Origin: a virus
Length of the DNA stretch: 64,000 bases
Direction: 5' to 3' (one strand)
Virus record (IMG/VR): IMGVR_UViG_3300044591_002613
The translations under genes and the position numbers were made by a program. The notes under the pieces are model-generated. The model saw only the letters and a list, made by a program, of their open reading frames with translations. It made no database searches and was not told where the DNA came from. Shown one piece after another: positions 44,997-55,726 of the stretch. The stretch's first letter is position 1. Every line of letters starts with the position of its first letter.

Positions 44997-45758
44997 TTAA
45001 TCAGCTTTTTGGCACATAGCTTTATAAATATCGGACATAGTAAATCGTTCATTACATGCAGAACACCTATTGGGTAGCCTGCTTTTCATAAACATTTTAC
45101 CTTCACCACAATTCCAACACTTCATTACAGTAGCACCAAAAATTTCTGGTTCATTATTTGATTTAGCTAAATCTGTTAATTCTTTTAATAACTCACTCTT
45201 TGCTAAGAGCCTTTTTGCCTTAGAAGGCAGTTCACGGAATTGTTTTCGGCTGTCGTGTACATTTTTGTACTTTTCTGGCAAATCAACTTTTTCAAAGTTT
45301 TTAGTTAAATCTGTTTTAGCAAAGATTTTGCATTCTGGGTTTGCGGGTTTGATAGTGAGGGAAACGTTTTTAACTTTTGTCTTTAATAATTTATTCCCTT
45401 GTCTCTCAACAGTCATCCCTTCTACAGAAAGACCAACGGGATAATTAGGGTTTTGAATGCTGTATTTAATCAACGCGGCTGCACTTTGAGCATTTGGATG
45501 ATCGTCCATCAACTTGCCGGCTATATATAAAAATGGTTTTTTTAAAGCATTCCAGCACTTACGTTGGTATTCGTCTTCGCAATCTTTTTCAGAAAAGATT
45601 TTTTTAGCTTCATCAATGTAGCCAAGAATTTCAAAAAAGCGATCAGAGCTGTGCTCGTCATTTAGAAGGCGGACGTCAGAAATATCCATTCCGTTCAAGT
45701 CGATGGATTCACCTGTGCGGTCTTTTGTTTCGGTGGCGGCAATTCCATAAATGAGCAC
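44997..45758 (-). CDS. Prohead (capsid maturation) protease with C-terminal Zn ribbon
   Basis: IYGIAATE.KD..GE....G.D, LNDEH, GLSVEG, VSLT.KPANP; CxxC..CxxC. Confidence 0.8.
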   Translation of the reverse strand: MLIYGIAATETKDRTGESIDLNGMDISDVRLLNDEHSSDRFFEILGYIDEAKKIFSEKDCEDEYQRKCWNALKKPFLYIAGKLMDDHPNAQSAAALIKYSIQNPNYPVGLSVEGMTVERQGNKLLKTKVKNVSLTIKPANPECKIFAKTDLTKNFEKVDLPEKYKNVHDSRKQFRELPSKAKRLLAKSELLKELTDLAKSNNEPEIFGATVMKCWNCGEGKMFMKSRLPNRCSACNERFTMSDIYKAMCQKAD

Positions 45759-45797
45759 GGTTACTCCTTGAGCTTTTTGATAACATTATATCAGGGA

Positions 45798-46292
45798 TTA
45801 TTGTGGATTATTATGCCCTGAAGTATTTTTATCAATAAAAACTAATTCATCATTAAAATATACCACTTTATCTGAATGTGTTGCAATATGGTTATTTAAT
45901 TCTGAAACGTTACCCATTTTTTTTATTGTTAAAATTTCCCCATTATCTGATTTCACATACATGTTTTCTGTGTTTCGGCTATAATTCACGCCTAAATAAA
46001 TCTTAGGCTCTTCGTTTAACATCCGAAGTTCTTCTTCCAAACATTTATCTGTTCGGCCAATCAAAATTTTTCGTTTTAATGAAGAAATATTGTTTTTAGC
46101 AATGTCGGATGCGTAGTCTGGAATGCCTGATTCATAGATAAGATTACATCTGTCTAAAAGATGAACAACTTCTTTCAATAATTCATTGTCAACGCCAGAT
46201 GCTTCAAGCTCTTCAAGAACTGGGGCAGATTCAACTCCTGTCGTTTTTTGAATTATAGACGCCACGAGAGCTTTTGCGATTTTTGAGTACAT
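45798..46292 (-). CDS. Hypothetical protein
   Basis: ORF. Confidence 0.6.
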   Translation of the reverse strand: MYSKIAKALVASIIQKTTGVESAPVLEELEASGVDNELLKEVVHLLDRCNLIYESGIPDYASDIAKNNISSLKRKILIGRTDKCLEEELRMLNEEPKIYLGVNYSRNTENMYVKSDNGEILTIKKMGNVSELNNHIATHSDKVVYFNDELVFIDKNTSGHNNPQ

Positions 46293-46788
46293 ATTCTTCT
46301 ACCTCAGTTTCGTCTAAAAACATATCTTCATGACGTTTTTTATTATTATTTTTATTTTTAAATTCCAAATTTTGCAACTTGGATTTAATCTCTGCTTGTT
46401 CGGCTGCATCTATTTCGGGAGATCTTGCAAATTTTTTAGGTCTGGCAACGTAGACAACGCTCCCCATTTTTGCCACCATATGGTCGCCCATGAGTGTTTC
46501 TACGTTCCAAAGGATTTTCTGCGTTAGTTCTATGCTAAAAACTTCTTTTCTTTCTGGGCTAGAAAGAATTGCCGCTACATTTTCTAGATCTAAGCTTTCA
46601 ATTGTGCCTAAATATTCCGCTTCTTCTAGACAAAATTCATTATCAAATAAGACCTCTTGGATTTCATCAATTTCGTAAGCCCAAATGATTTTTTCGTTTT
46701 TTGTTTTTGTGATAAAGACCCTTGGTAGATTTTCGTAAAGTGGATTTGAATGGACAAGATAAATTTGAAAAGAAGGCTTTGAAGACAA
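46231..46788 (-). CDS. Hypothetical protein
   Basis: ORF. Confidence 0.6.
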   Translation of the reverse strand: MSSKPSFQIYLVHSNPLYENLPRVFITKTKNEKIIWAYEIDEIQEVLFDNEFCLEEAEYLGTIESLDLENVAAILSSPERKEVFSIELTQKILWNVETLMGDHMVAKMGSVVYVARPKKFARSPEIDAAEQAEIKSKLQNLEFKNKNNNKKRHEDMFLDETEVEEYVLKNRKSSRGVYNSKNDRS

Positions 46789-46901
46789 GTCCGTACCCCC
46801 AATTAGAGAGTTTATTTTTAATAGTATGTATCATTTCAATTGAAAATAAATACCAGCCCCCTGATAAATTGTGTGTGATAATAGAAAATAAGAGGTAATT
46901 C

Positions 46902-47774
46902 ATGGTCGATAAAAAACCCCCAAATTTTTTGACTGGCGTAAAAACGGCAAACGAATATAAAGGACTGCCGGGAGGATTCCATCCGTATGGTCCAGCGGTA
47001 CCGGGGGGAATTTTTAGCGACGAAGCGCATGACAACTTAGTTAGGTCTAAGGGATTTAAAGCTCTGCACTGGAGACACGCATTAGTAGCTAACAGAGAAA
47101 CTCCTGCGGCTGGTGTCTTTCTAGACGAGAAGACAGATATTCCTGGTTATAACCTCTATGACCCTAAACCTTTTTATATTGCCATCCAACAACTTAACTG
47201 GCAAGACCAATACATCATCCAAGGTGTACATGGCACTCATGCAATTTCTTCGGTTAATTACACGTCTTACTACGAAGAAGATCGACCTGACAAAGAACGA
47301 GTTTATTTAAGAAAAAATGATATTATTACAATCGATAATGATGTTACAGTGTTAACTCAAGAACTGTTTGAATATAAACCAAACGGTTTACAAAGATTAA
47401 AGTTTCCTATTATCGATGTCGATTATTTAGTTGATAGCCGCAACAATCGTTACGAAAACGGTATTGATTTTGTTATCACCAATAATATGATTGAATGGAT
47501 TGGCCAAAAGCCACTCTGGGATTCCGGAAAGGGGCGTGGTGAAAGTTTGTCGATAGTATATTGGACCAAGCCCTACTTTTCTGTCCTATCTACTCCCAGA
47601 GTGTTTAGAACAGTATTTTCAAACGAGTCTGGAAACGATTCAAAACCTAGTTTTCCTACTTACGTTGCGGGATCAGCTGTGCTAAAAATGTTATGGATTG
47701 ATTCTGCTGGGATTGATTTACCAGAGTGGCCAAAAAATATTGAACCTGAAAGAACTTCGAACTCAAGGAGCTAA
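46902..47774 (+). CDS. Putative head-closure/neck protein
   Basis: Y..G.DF.I....IEW.G..P......SI.Y; structural context. Confidence 0.5.
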   Translation: MVDKKPPNFLTGVKTANEYKGLPGGFHPYGPAVPGGIFSDEAHDNLVRSKGFKALHWRHALVANRETPAAGVFLDEKTDIPGYNLYDPKPFYIAIQQLNWQDQYIIQGVHGTHAISSVNYTSYYEEDRPDKERVYLRKNDIITIDNDVTVLTQELFEYKPNGLQRLKFPIIDVDYLVDSRNNRYENGIDFVITNNMIEWIGQKPLWDSGKGRGESLSIVYWTKPYFSVLSTPRVFRTVFSNESGNDSKPSFPTYVAGSAVLKMLWIDSAGIDLPEWPKNIEPERTSNSRS

Positions 47775-48376
47775 TGATGAAAGATCCAAAAATCCTCTCC
47801 ATGAAGGTTTACACCATGCACGACAAGCCGGTTTACTACGGCCATGGTGAGAACGAAGATGGTCTTTATAGCCTTTTGGAAAAGAAGCACGTTCCGATTC
47901 CCATGTTCTTTAACTTGCTTCAATCTCGTGATGTTATGCCTGAAGACCTTGGCGATCTCATTCTTCACGACCAATTAAGCTATCACGATTTTAAAGCTTT
48001 AAGAGATCAAGAGCTAATGCCAAAAGATTTGGAAATTTTATTTAATAAAATCCAAGATCTAAAACGTGAAGTGAACATGCTCAAGCGCACTATGACAAAA
48101 GAAAAGAAAGCTCATGAACAAGCGCTTGCGGATGCTTCCGCCCCAAAACTAGAAGATCTTGCTCAATCAGCGACGACCGAACCGATGGTTAAAAATGTTG
48201 AAGAAGCTAAACCACAATCTCTTCTTGAAGCTGTGTCTGCCATGATTGGAGTTGAGGCTTCGCCTGATGCCGGTGATAACATCTATCAAAAAATTATCGA
48301 CAGCTGCACCGGTTTGACAGATCAAGAGAAACAAGTTCTAGAGTTAGTTAAAAATAATCTATTGAGTTTATCTTGA
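47774..48376 (+). CDS. Hypothetical protein
   Basis: AGGAG RBS. Confidence 0.65.
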   Translation: MMKDPKILSMKVYTMHDKPVYYGHGENEDGLYSLLEKKHVPIPMFFNLLQSRDVMPEDLGDLILHDQLSYHDFKALRDQELMPKDLEILFNKIQDLKREVNMLKRTMTKEKKAHEQALADASAPKLEDLAQSATTEPMVKNVEEAKPQSLLEAVSAMIGVEASPDAGDNIYQKIIDSCTGLTDQEKQVLELVKNNLLSLS

Positions 48377-48454
48377 TAGATTACTTTCTTTTCCTTAGCT
48401 ATCCTTCACAGTTGGCTTTAAGTAATATGGGGTATATATATAAGGAAATGAAAG

Positions 48455-49309
48455 ATGGCAAAAGATAGAATAGACGAACTCTATGAACAACAATCTTTCT
48501 ACGAAGAATACATAAGATACATCCAAGCATTCGAGACAGATCAAGTCAAAAAGACAATCCAAGACATTACACAAGAGATAGTCAAAACTCGACTAGAACA
48601 GGCAATTTTTGCAATTGTCTTACAGAGTGTGGATAATCCCGACCTAATTGGTTCCTATGTTGCCTCGTTCCAAATTTTTACAGTTGGAAACAGAAACCAA
48701 ATTTATTTCTCACCAGCAACACCCTTGGTTGGTATGACCGAGTATGGTGTCAAGCCATTTAGCATGAAAGAAAAATTGCTTAGCACTGGAAGCGTAAAAA
48801 TCTCAAAACAGGGCCACCCCTATAAAACTGTTCCAATATCTAGAGAAATGCCGGGCAAAAATGCAAAACTAGATACTTTGCGTAGTGTGCAAAAAAGAAG
48901 CATACCGGTTTCTAACCAACAGTCGGTTATTTCTTCTAAAGAAATACAAATGCAGGCACGAGTGAACGCTGTTTTGCAAAACGCAAAATTTTCATTTGTT
49001 TCTAAGGCCAAGGATGCCGAGGGGCGGACAATACAAAGATCTGTGGCAAGAGACTTAGACGTCGGAACGCTCATCAAAGAAGAAACTTTTGACGTAGCAA
49101 CCAAAACGGCAAAACCAATCAAGACAAAATACGTAATCTTTAGGACTATGAGTGCCAAGCCAGGTTCCGCTGACTGGATGAACCCGGGCTTTTCAGGAAA
49201 AGACCTATACGCTAAAGTTTTAAATTGGCAAAGTGAAAATGAGGAAAGAATTTTTGAACAGACGTACAATGAAATAATAAGCAAGGCTATTCGAGGCGAT
49301 GAGTCATGA
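48455..49309 (+). CDS. Putative neck/tail-completion protein
   Basis: E.G..PF.MK..LL, Y..VP, Y..FRT.S......W..PG pattern. Confidence 0.55.
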   Translation: MAKDRIDELYEQQSFYEEYIRYIQAFETDQVKKTIQDITQEIVKTRLEQAIFAIVLQSVDNPDLIGSYVASFQIFTVGNRNQIYFSPATPLVGMTEYGVKPFSMKEKLLSTGSVKISKQGHPYKTVPISREMPGKNAKLDTLRSVQKRSIPVSNQQSVISSKEIQMQARVNAVLQNAKFSFVSKAKDAEGRTIQRSVARDLDVGTLIKEETFDVATKTAKPIKTKYVIFRTMSAKPGSADWMNPGFSGKDLYAKVLNWQSENEERIFEQTYNEIISKAIRGDES

Positions 49310-50220
49310 TTCTTTTGCCACATCTTTATATTTTGCAATATCTTAAAAAACAATTCTCTTTTTTAAGAGACAAACCCGAGCATCTTGAGTTTTTGCTTAG
49401 AGGTTTTTTGATAAATGACGAAATGAACGATATTTATGGAGCGCCTTATATCGATAAGGCTATGAAGTGGATTTCTGAAAACGAGTTTTACTTTACGCTG
49501 GGTTATAGGCTAGATTTGGATAAATTACCAAATATTTGTGTTACTTATGAGGGTGGCTCAGAAGAACGACAGTTTATTGGTGACTATGCCGATACACAAA
49601 AAGTAACAATAAATTCTAAAACTTACGCATCTTTTGATATTAAAAGCATTGATGCGGATGGCAATTTGGTCGTAAGTAAGGATTTAAACTTAACAAATAA
49701 GGTTTGGCGAAGATTATTAGCTAAAAATAAGAAATTTGAATCACAAATTATTGACCTACAAACCAATGCAGATGGCGATTTAGTTTTAGTTTTAGACCTA
49801 AAAGCAGACGCATCATTACCATTAATGGATTGGAAGGCGATAAGTCCTCTTAAAGCAAAAAACCTAGTAGTTGGAAGCTCTTTTGACCGCGCTCGCGTGA
49901 CTGTTTATATGAATATTGCGGGAGATCCCGAACTAGCAGAGCTAATGTCTTGTATTGTTCGCTACTTATTAAAACAAAGTCGTCCATATCTTTTAAAAAA
50001 TGGCATGGAGGATATTTCTTATTCGCATTCAGCGTTAAGTCGTAGCGCGGATTTTCCGGAATCAAATGTTTGGATAACGCAACATTCTATAAATGGCGCT
50101 TTACAAGACCAGTGGATTATTACAGAATCGAATGGTGCGGATAAAATTGAATTGACTGTTAAAGCAAAACAGAAGACCGAGCCCGACACTGTAATCGTCT
50201 ACGACCAGGGAATTATCTAA
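49306..50220 (+). CDS. Putative tail terminator/completion protein
   Basis: Position upstream of sheath; LP.I.V....SE. Confidence 0.45.
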   Translation: MILLPHLYILQYLKKQFSFLRDKPEHLEFLLRGFLINDEMNDIYGAPYIDKAMKWISENEFYFTLGYRLDLDKLPNICVTYEGGSEERQFIGDYADTQKVTINSKTYASFDIKSIDADGNLVVSKDLNLTNKVWRRLLAKNKKFESQIIDLQTNADGDLVLVLDLKADASLPLMDWKAISPLKAKNLVVGSSFDRARVTVYMNIAGDPELAELMSCIVRYLLKQSRPYLLKNGMEDISYSHSALSRSADFPESNVWITQHSINGALQDQWIITESNGADKIELTVKAKQKTEPDTVIVYDQGII

Positions 50221-50792
50221 TGGCAAAAGTGGTTATAAAAAATAACATACTTTGGATTCCAGAAGATATTGAGACTTACAAAGATCTTCAATTTGTCTAT
50301 AATCGTTTTTATGAGCTACAAAACGATCCAAAGATCCCATGGATACTCATGAACATTAATTGTTCGGGATCTTCAAACGTAGAATTTGCTAAACCTGTTT
50401 ATCATTTGCTCAGTAGCAGCAAAAAACCTATCAAAACTCAAGTTATGTCAGTAGCTCAAAGCTATGGCCTTGTTCTTGCCTGTATAGGAGAAGAGCGTGT
50501 TGCATGGCCTGAAGCTCAATTCATGCATCATAATTACATCGTGAGTTACGAAGACGCTAATTTTGAAAAGGTCAAAAAAGATATACAAAATCTTGAAAAC
50601 GAAGAAAAAGTATTTTTAAAATACGTTGAAAAATACATTGGCGTTAAAAATTACAAAAAATTTATTCAGGATTTTAAAAAGAACGGATCTGTGGATATGT
50701 TTTTTGACGCTAAAAAAGCAGTGGATTATAATATAGTTAACCGAATAGGTATTATTGAACCATTTTATTACGAGGAAATAACAGATGGCTAA
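50220..50792 (+). CDS. ClpP-like protease
   Basis: INCSG, AQSYG, FMHH, DMFFDAKKAVDYNIV. Confidence 0.75.
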   Translation: MAKVVIKNNILWIPEDIETYKDLQFVYNRFYELQNDPKIPWILMNINCSGSSNVEFAKPVYHLLSSSKKPIKTQVMSVAQSYGLVLACIGEERVAWPEAQFMHHNYIVSYEDANFEKVKKDIQNLENEEKVFLKYVEKYIGVKNYKKFIQDFKKNGSVDMFFDAKKAVDYNIVNRIGIIEPFYYEEITDG

Positions 50793-51051
50793 GGAAAAGA
50801 AAACCAAAAAGGTGGCCGAAGAACAATCACAGGTCGTTGAAAATAAAGCCAGTGAAGCAGAGCCAGCGCAGCCACAAGTACTTTCTCTAGAGCAAGTTGC
50901 CACTATGGCTGCTGACAAACTTGTGCCAAAATACAAACCAAGCCATCTCAATGGCTTACTCGCCTTTTGTAATCATAAAGGGTACCCTACTAGCGGAACA
51001 TCTGAACAAATGCTGGATGTTATGAAACAGTACGGGTATATTCTTAAGTGA
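50785..51051 (+). CDS. Hypothetical protein
   Basis: ORF. Confidence 0.6.
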   Translation: MAKEKKTKKVAEEQSQVVENKASEAEPAQPQVLSLEQVATMAADKLVPKYKPSHLNGLLAFCNHKGYPTSGTSEQMLDVMKQYGYILK

Positions 51052-51128
51052 TTAAAAACAAAAGCATCATTATATTATTGACTATAATATTTTAGATACT
51101 AATCTTAACCTTAAATGGGGTTTTTTCA

Positions 51129-53981
51129 ATGACTTTATCTGCTGTAATCAATGGAACAAGAGTTGTAGTTCCAGGAGTTTATTCTTCTGTAAAAGTGGAA
51201 GACAACCTTGCAAACGTTGCTCCTGGTCCAAGAAATATCCTAATTATCGGTGAAGCGACTAAAGGCGTTCCTGGTGCTCTACTCGATCTTGGAAGAACCT
51301 TTTTCACTGATTATCAGTCTGTAAAAAATTATTACGGCTCTGGCCCAATCGTTGATGCGGCAAGAATGCTTTTTTCAAACCAAGCAAGCCCTGTATTTGC
51401 TGGATCACTTAATAGCCTTTATGTTTATAAAACGAACGATTCAGGCTTAGCTTCAATGAACATCATGCGCGGAGCTAGCCTCTACGCAACTATCGCTGCT
51501 GCTGAATATGGCGAAGACGGTAATGCAATTTCTGCAAAAATCGAGCAAGCCTCTGCTGAGATTAAGCCTAAAGCAACCGCTAGAGCTTTAATGAGTACAG
51601 GAGGTGGTGCTTATAAAGTTCGTGTATCTGGTGGTGCTGAACAAGAATTTATTGCTCCCCCAGAAGCAACTGTCGCTGAAGTAGTAGCCGTTTTCAATGC
51701 GACAGCAGTCGGATTTTCCGCTACCGGTGGTGAATTAAAATCACTAGCTCTTGTTGATGGTCAAACTTTGACTCTTTCACCAGATGTCGATCACCCAACA
51801 AAAATAACAATTTCTAGATCGGCAGGATCTTTTCCAGCTTCTATTGTTGCGGGAGACATTGTTTATATTCCCGTGGGTTCTGCTCTTTCCGGCCCAGCTG
51901 ACGAAAATTGTGGTAATTACGAAATTCAATCTACTTCTTCCGCGTCCATGGTTCTAGACCGTCTCGATGCTTGCGTCGCTGCTGGCCAAAGGACAATCCA
52001 AGAATGTGTTGCAATCTCAGGTGCTGTTTCTGGTGACCAAACAGCAGTAGCAACTGCTGAGATGATGGTTTTTGCTCCAGTTACGATTGAAGTGACAGAA
52101 GCTACAAAAAATGGTGCCGCTGCATCCCTAGAAATTTATGCTCCAGACGGACAGATTTGGGCGCCTTCTAAATTTATGGCAACTTCTGCTAAAAAGGCAG
52201 CAGTTTCAAGCAATGTTTCTCTCTCTGCATCTATTTCATTGACAATGAACGGTTCCGAAGGATCGTTTGCTCTTAGCAGTGGTGCTTTTGCTGTAGCTCC
52301 TAAAGTTGGTGAATTACTTATAGTGCCTTCTGACAGTGTTCTTAAGGGAGACGATTCTAAAAACGTCGGCGCTTGGTTGGTTGTATCAGCGGGTGCTTCT
52401 GTTATCAAGGCTGTTAAGTGCATTACTGGATTCCCAGTTAGCAATCCAGTTTCTGTTGCAGCTGTAGCTTTAGACGGCCAGACAATGCCCTTTTATATTA
52501 AAGAAAACGGTATTAGTTCTGTAGTTGGTCCAGTAATTATTCGTTCTGCTACTGAAAAACAAGTAAGAATCATTGCTTCTCGCTTGACTGACGGTGCTCA
52601 ATTTCCTAATTCACCAGTTGGCGGTCGCGTTGTCCTCGAATTAGGATATGCAGGTACTTCTGGTACAGTTACAATTACAAAAGATAAACGACTAAAAACT
52701 TCTGTTGTAGGCGGTTCTGGTGTTAATCTTGATGTATTGTTATCAAAATATAATACAATTGGCGATTTAATTGCATTTATCAATACAAAAACAGGTTATT
52801 CAGCACGCGTTTCAGACAGCCGCTGGCGCAGCCTTAGTCCATCAGTAATTGACCAAGTTGAAGCTGTTGGTATTTGCGCAGGCCACGAATCTAATTCATT
52901 CCCAGGGCTCTTGAAATCAGACTATTTTGATTTCAAATCACTTGTCGATAACAATTTTGGTTTGATTAGCTTTGTTGAGAACTCTGCATCTCCTGCTTTT
53001 GCTGGTCTTCCAGATGTAATGTCAGCACCCAAATTCCTTGAAGGTGGTTCGGTAGGAGCAACTTCTGGTATTGCCATTCAAGCAGCTCTTGATGCAGCTC
53101 TCAAAATTGATGTATCACAAGTGATCCCCTTGTTTAGCCGCGATTCCGACAAAGATATCGAAGACGGCCTAACAGACCAAGCAAGTGAATACGCAATTGA
53201 TGCTATTAACTCTGCCGTAAGAGGTCACGTTCAAACAGCTAGCTCTGTACAATTCCAACGTGAACGTTTTGCACTATGTAGTGTCCACAGCTCTTTTGCC
53301 ACTGCTAAGCAAAAAGCTGCAGAATTAAGCAGCGAACGTGTTCAAATGGCATTCCAGCAGGTTCGTTCTATTAATTCAAACGGCGATGTCCAATGGTTCT
53401 TACCATGGATGCTTGCATGTGCAATGGCAGCCGGTCGTGCTCAGGCAATTCTCGGTACATCTCTTCTTAGAAAGAGCTTCCAAGTTTCTAACGTTAAACA
53501 CGTTGGCGACCTTAGCCTCTTCTCTGATGTTTTTGTTCCCGACTTTGATGCCGATACTAAAGAATTGGACGAGGCAATCGAAGCTGGTTTGATTGTTCTA
53601 AGATCAGTAACTGGCTTTGGTGTTCGTATGGAATCGCCAGATCTTTCTACTCGTTCAAGACAAAACGATCCAAAAGGCTGGTACTACGAGCGCGTTAACG
53701 TTCAGTTTGTTGTTGATGAAGTTGTAAAAACACTTCGCTCAACCCTCGATAACTTCATTGGCGAAAGAACAACGGATGTTTCACCAACCGTAGTATCTAA
53801 GTCAGTACAAGATATCTTGGCAAGTTTTGTTGCTCAGGGCGCTCTTAGACAATTCAGTGTTGATTCAATCATTCTCGATGGTAATACATACAAAGTGACA
53901 ATTAGTGTATTCCCAGTAGAAGCTGTTGAATTTATCACGGTAGATGTTCTTGCCCGTAGATCAACTGGCGTAACGGCTTAA
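51129..53981 (+). CDS. Contractile tail sheath protein
   Basis: N-term PGVYS...IIGEA.KG.P; C-term ..FIG....V.PV..VEFITV. Confidence 0.9.
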   Translation: MTLSAVINGTRVVVPGVYSSVKVEDNLANVAPGPRNILIIGEATKGVPGALLDLGRTFFTDYQSVKNYYGSGPIVDAARMLFSNQASPVFAGSLNSLYVYKTNDSGLASMNIMRGASLYATIAAAEYGEDGNAISAKIEQASAEIKPKATARALMSTGGGAYKVRVSGGAEQEFIAPPEATVAEVVAVFNATAVGFSATGGELKSLALVDGQTLTLSPDVDHPTKITISRSAGSFPASIVAGDIVYIPVGSALSGPADENCGNYEIQSTSSASMVLDRLDACVAAGQRTIQECVAISGAVSGDQTAVATAEMMVFAPVTIEVTEATKNGAAASLEIYAPDGQIWAPSKFMATSAKKAAVSSNVSLSASISLTMNGSEGSFALSSGAFAVAPKVGELLIVPSDSVLKGDDSKNVGAWLVVSAGASVIKAVKCITGFPVSNPVSVAAVALDGQTMPFYIKENGISSVVGPVIIRSATEKQVRIIASRLTDGAQFPNSPVGGRVVLELGYAGTSGTVTITKDKRLKTSVVGGSGVNLDVLLSKYNTIGDLIAFINTKTGYSARVSDSRWRSLSPSVIDQVEAVGICAGHESNSFPGLLKSDYFDFKSLVDNNFGLISFVENSASPAFAGLPDVMSAPKFLEGGSVGATSGIAIQAALDAALKIDVSQVIPLFSRDSDKDIEDGLTDQASEYAIDAINSAVRGHVQTASSVQFQRERFALCSVHSSFATAKQKAAELSSERVQMAFQQVRSINSNGDVQWFLPWMLACAMAAGRAQAILGTSLLRKSFQVSNVKHVGDLSLFSDVFVPDFDADTKELDEAIEAGLIVLRSVTGFGVRMESPDLSTRSRQNDPKGWYYERVNVQFVVDEVVKTLRSTLDNFIGERTTDVSPTVVSKSVQDILASFVAQGALRQFSVDSIILDGNTYKVTISVFPVEAVEFITVDVLARRSTGVTA

Positions 53982-54004
53982 TTAGGTTAAGTTGTTTTTT
54001 TAAC

Positions 54005-54047
54005 AATGGCTCTGAGGGCAGAAAAGTCTTCAGAGCCATTTTATTTT
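54005..54047 (+). terminator. Rho-independent terminator
   Basis: AATGGCTCTGA/TCAGAGCCATT stem plus T tract. Confidence 0.8.
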
Positions 54048-54086
54048 CTCTAAAAATACTATATATTTAAATAAAATTTTTGAGGT

Positions 54087-54800
54087 TTGGTTGTGAAAAA
54101 GAATAATAATAAAAACGGAATTACACCAAATTATTCGGAATCGTCATTTATCAAAAGAGAAGATCCTCTTAGTTGCTTTGATGAGCGACCCGTAGATATG
54201 ACTGCAGAAGAATTTGAGCTTGCAAAAACTACAGCTAAGAATATAGGCAGTCGATTACCCTCTCAAGTAGAACAATCTGCTTTTTACTTTTATTACATGG
54301 GTGCAAGCTGGGAAGAAATTGCCAATAAATTAAACATTCCACTTGGAATTCTTCTTTACACAGGTATTTTTTATAAATGGCAAGAGCGAAAGAAGCTAGT
54401 CACTAGTGTGCGTGCAGGCGAGAAGGTTACTAGAGCAGACGCTGCAGCTATCGATTTAGTTACTGACGCTATTGTTGCGACCGCCGCCTTATATAAGCAA
54501 CAAATAGCAGAAGTCATCAAAGATCCTACGCAGGCAAAAAACTGTCCGCTTATACCTAAAAACTATCGGGATTTTATGACTTTGTTAGATATGTTGCAAT
54601 CTTTGCAGACTAAAGAAGCAGAAGGCAAGTCAGCAAGCGGCACTGTAGTTAATGTGAACGTTGCAAATTTAAATAATTCTCCAAAAAATAAAGTCGAAAC
54701 AATTGAAGCACAACCAGTTGATGCTCTTTTAATTGAAGAAAAATCAGATAAAGACCGATTAGAACTTTTAGAATTACTGGAAAAGGTAAAAACTAGATGA
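54087..54800 (+). CDS. Probable terminase small subunit (HTH)
   Basis: Y.MGASWEEIANKLNIP....W HTH, helical core, NVNV tail; upstream of TerL. Confidence 0.5.
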   Translation: MVVKKNNNKNGITPNYSESSFIKREDPLSCFDERPVDMTAEEFELAKTTAKNIGSRLPSQVEQSAFYFYYMGASWEEIANKLNIPLGILLYTGIFYKWQERKKLVTSVRAGEKVTRADAAAIDLVTDAIVATAALYKQQIAEVIKDPTQAKNCPLIPKNYRDFMTLLDMLQSLQTKEAEGKSASGTVVNVNVANLNNSPKNKVETIEAQPVDALLIEEKSDKDRLELLELLEKVKTR

Positions 54801-55726
54801 GCGCAAAATCTAAGGCTTTAAATCTATATAAACATTTTGATCAATATCAAGAATTTGCATGGATGGATGGCCGAGAAGTTGCGATAGATTCAGTAATAGA
54901 GCAAAAATATTGGGATTTTGCCATTGAAAGAATGAAAATTTTTCATCTTAAAGACAGTGGTCAGCCTAGACCTTGGACCGAAGATGTAATTTTAAATAGA
55001 AATTACTTCACAAACTGTTACAGAGAACTTGATAAAGTTTCTTTGTGGATTCACGAGTGGCTACAACCATGCCTTTATGATAAGAAGATAGCTTTACTTA
55101 ATATTATGTTCGCTAGATATATCAATTTACCCCAAACTCTTGAAATTGTAGGGAACATTTCTTTAGATAAATCTGAAAATTTAGAATCTCGAGCTAGATT
55201 TGCCGCCATCGAAGGACCTAAATTTAACACAGCTTATTTGTTTCCTCAAGCAGGGTTATCTATTATTGGGGCTAAAACTCGCGAAGAGTTTTTATACGAA
55301 AAACTACCAGAGCTTGTTCATCCTATTTATGAACTGTTGATGTCCGATAAAAAACATAGTATTCAGCATCTTACAAACAGCATTCATGCAATTTTAGGGT
55401 TTAAAAATCCATTCCATATGACAGAAATTATGATGGATTTTGGTTACCAATTTCCTGAATATATTGATGAATTTAAATATTTGGAAATGGGTCGTGGAGC
55501 AGCACCCACTTGTAAGATACTCAATCCTAAAGCTAAGCCAGAAGATGTAGCATTCACTTTAATGAAACATCAGCCGGTAGAAAGTTTTCCTTATCTTACA
55601 CTTAATGATAAAAAGATATTAATTACAACATGTAACATTGAAGGGATTGCCTGTGAATTCAGAAAATATTGCAGCCTTCTTGAAGGAAAAGGAAGAAACC
55701 GCAAGTATTATGGGCAGCCCCTTTGA
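54797..55726 (+). CDS. aGPT-Pplase1 / amino acid:DNA transferase (thymidine hypermodification)
   Basis: ER..I...K..G.P.PWT.D.IL...FTN.YRELDKVS; C-term IEG.ACEF.KY. Confidence 0.8.
   Translation: MSAKSKALNLYKHFDQYQEFAWMDGREVAIDSVIEQKYWDFAIERMKIFHLKDSGQPRPWTEDVILNRNYFTNCYRELDKVSLWIHEWLQPCLYDKKIALLNIMFARYINLPQTLEIVGNISLDKSENLESRARFAAIEGPKFNTAYLFPQAGLSIIGAKTREEFLYEKLPELVHPIYELLMSDKKHSIQHLTNSIHAILGFKNPFHMTEIMMDFGYQFPEYIDEFKYLEMGRGAAPTCKILNPKAKPEDVAFTLMKHQPVESFPYLTLNDKKILITTCNIEGIACEFRKYCSLLEGKGRNRKYYGQPL

Noticed and set aside
41760-54080. A specific late-promoter consensus
   Set aside because: Several TATAAT/TGCTAT-like words precede late genes, but in AT-rich DNA I could not define a reliable motif
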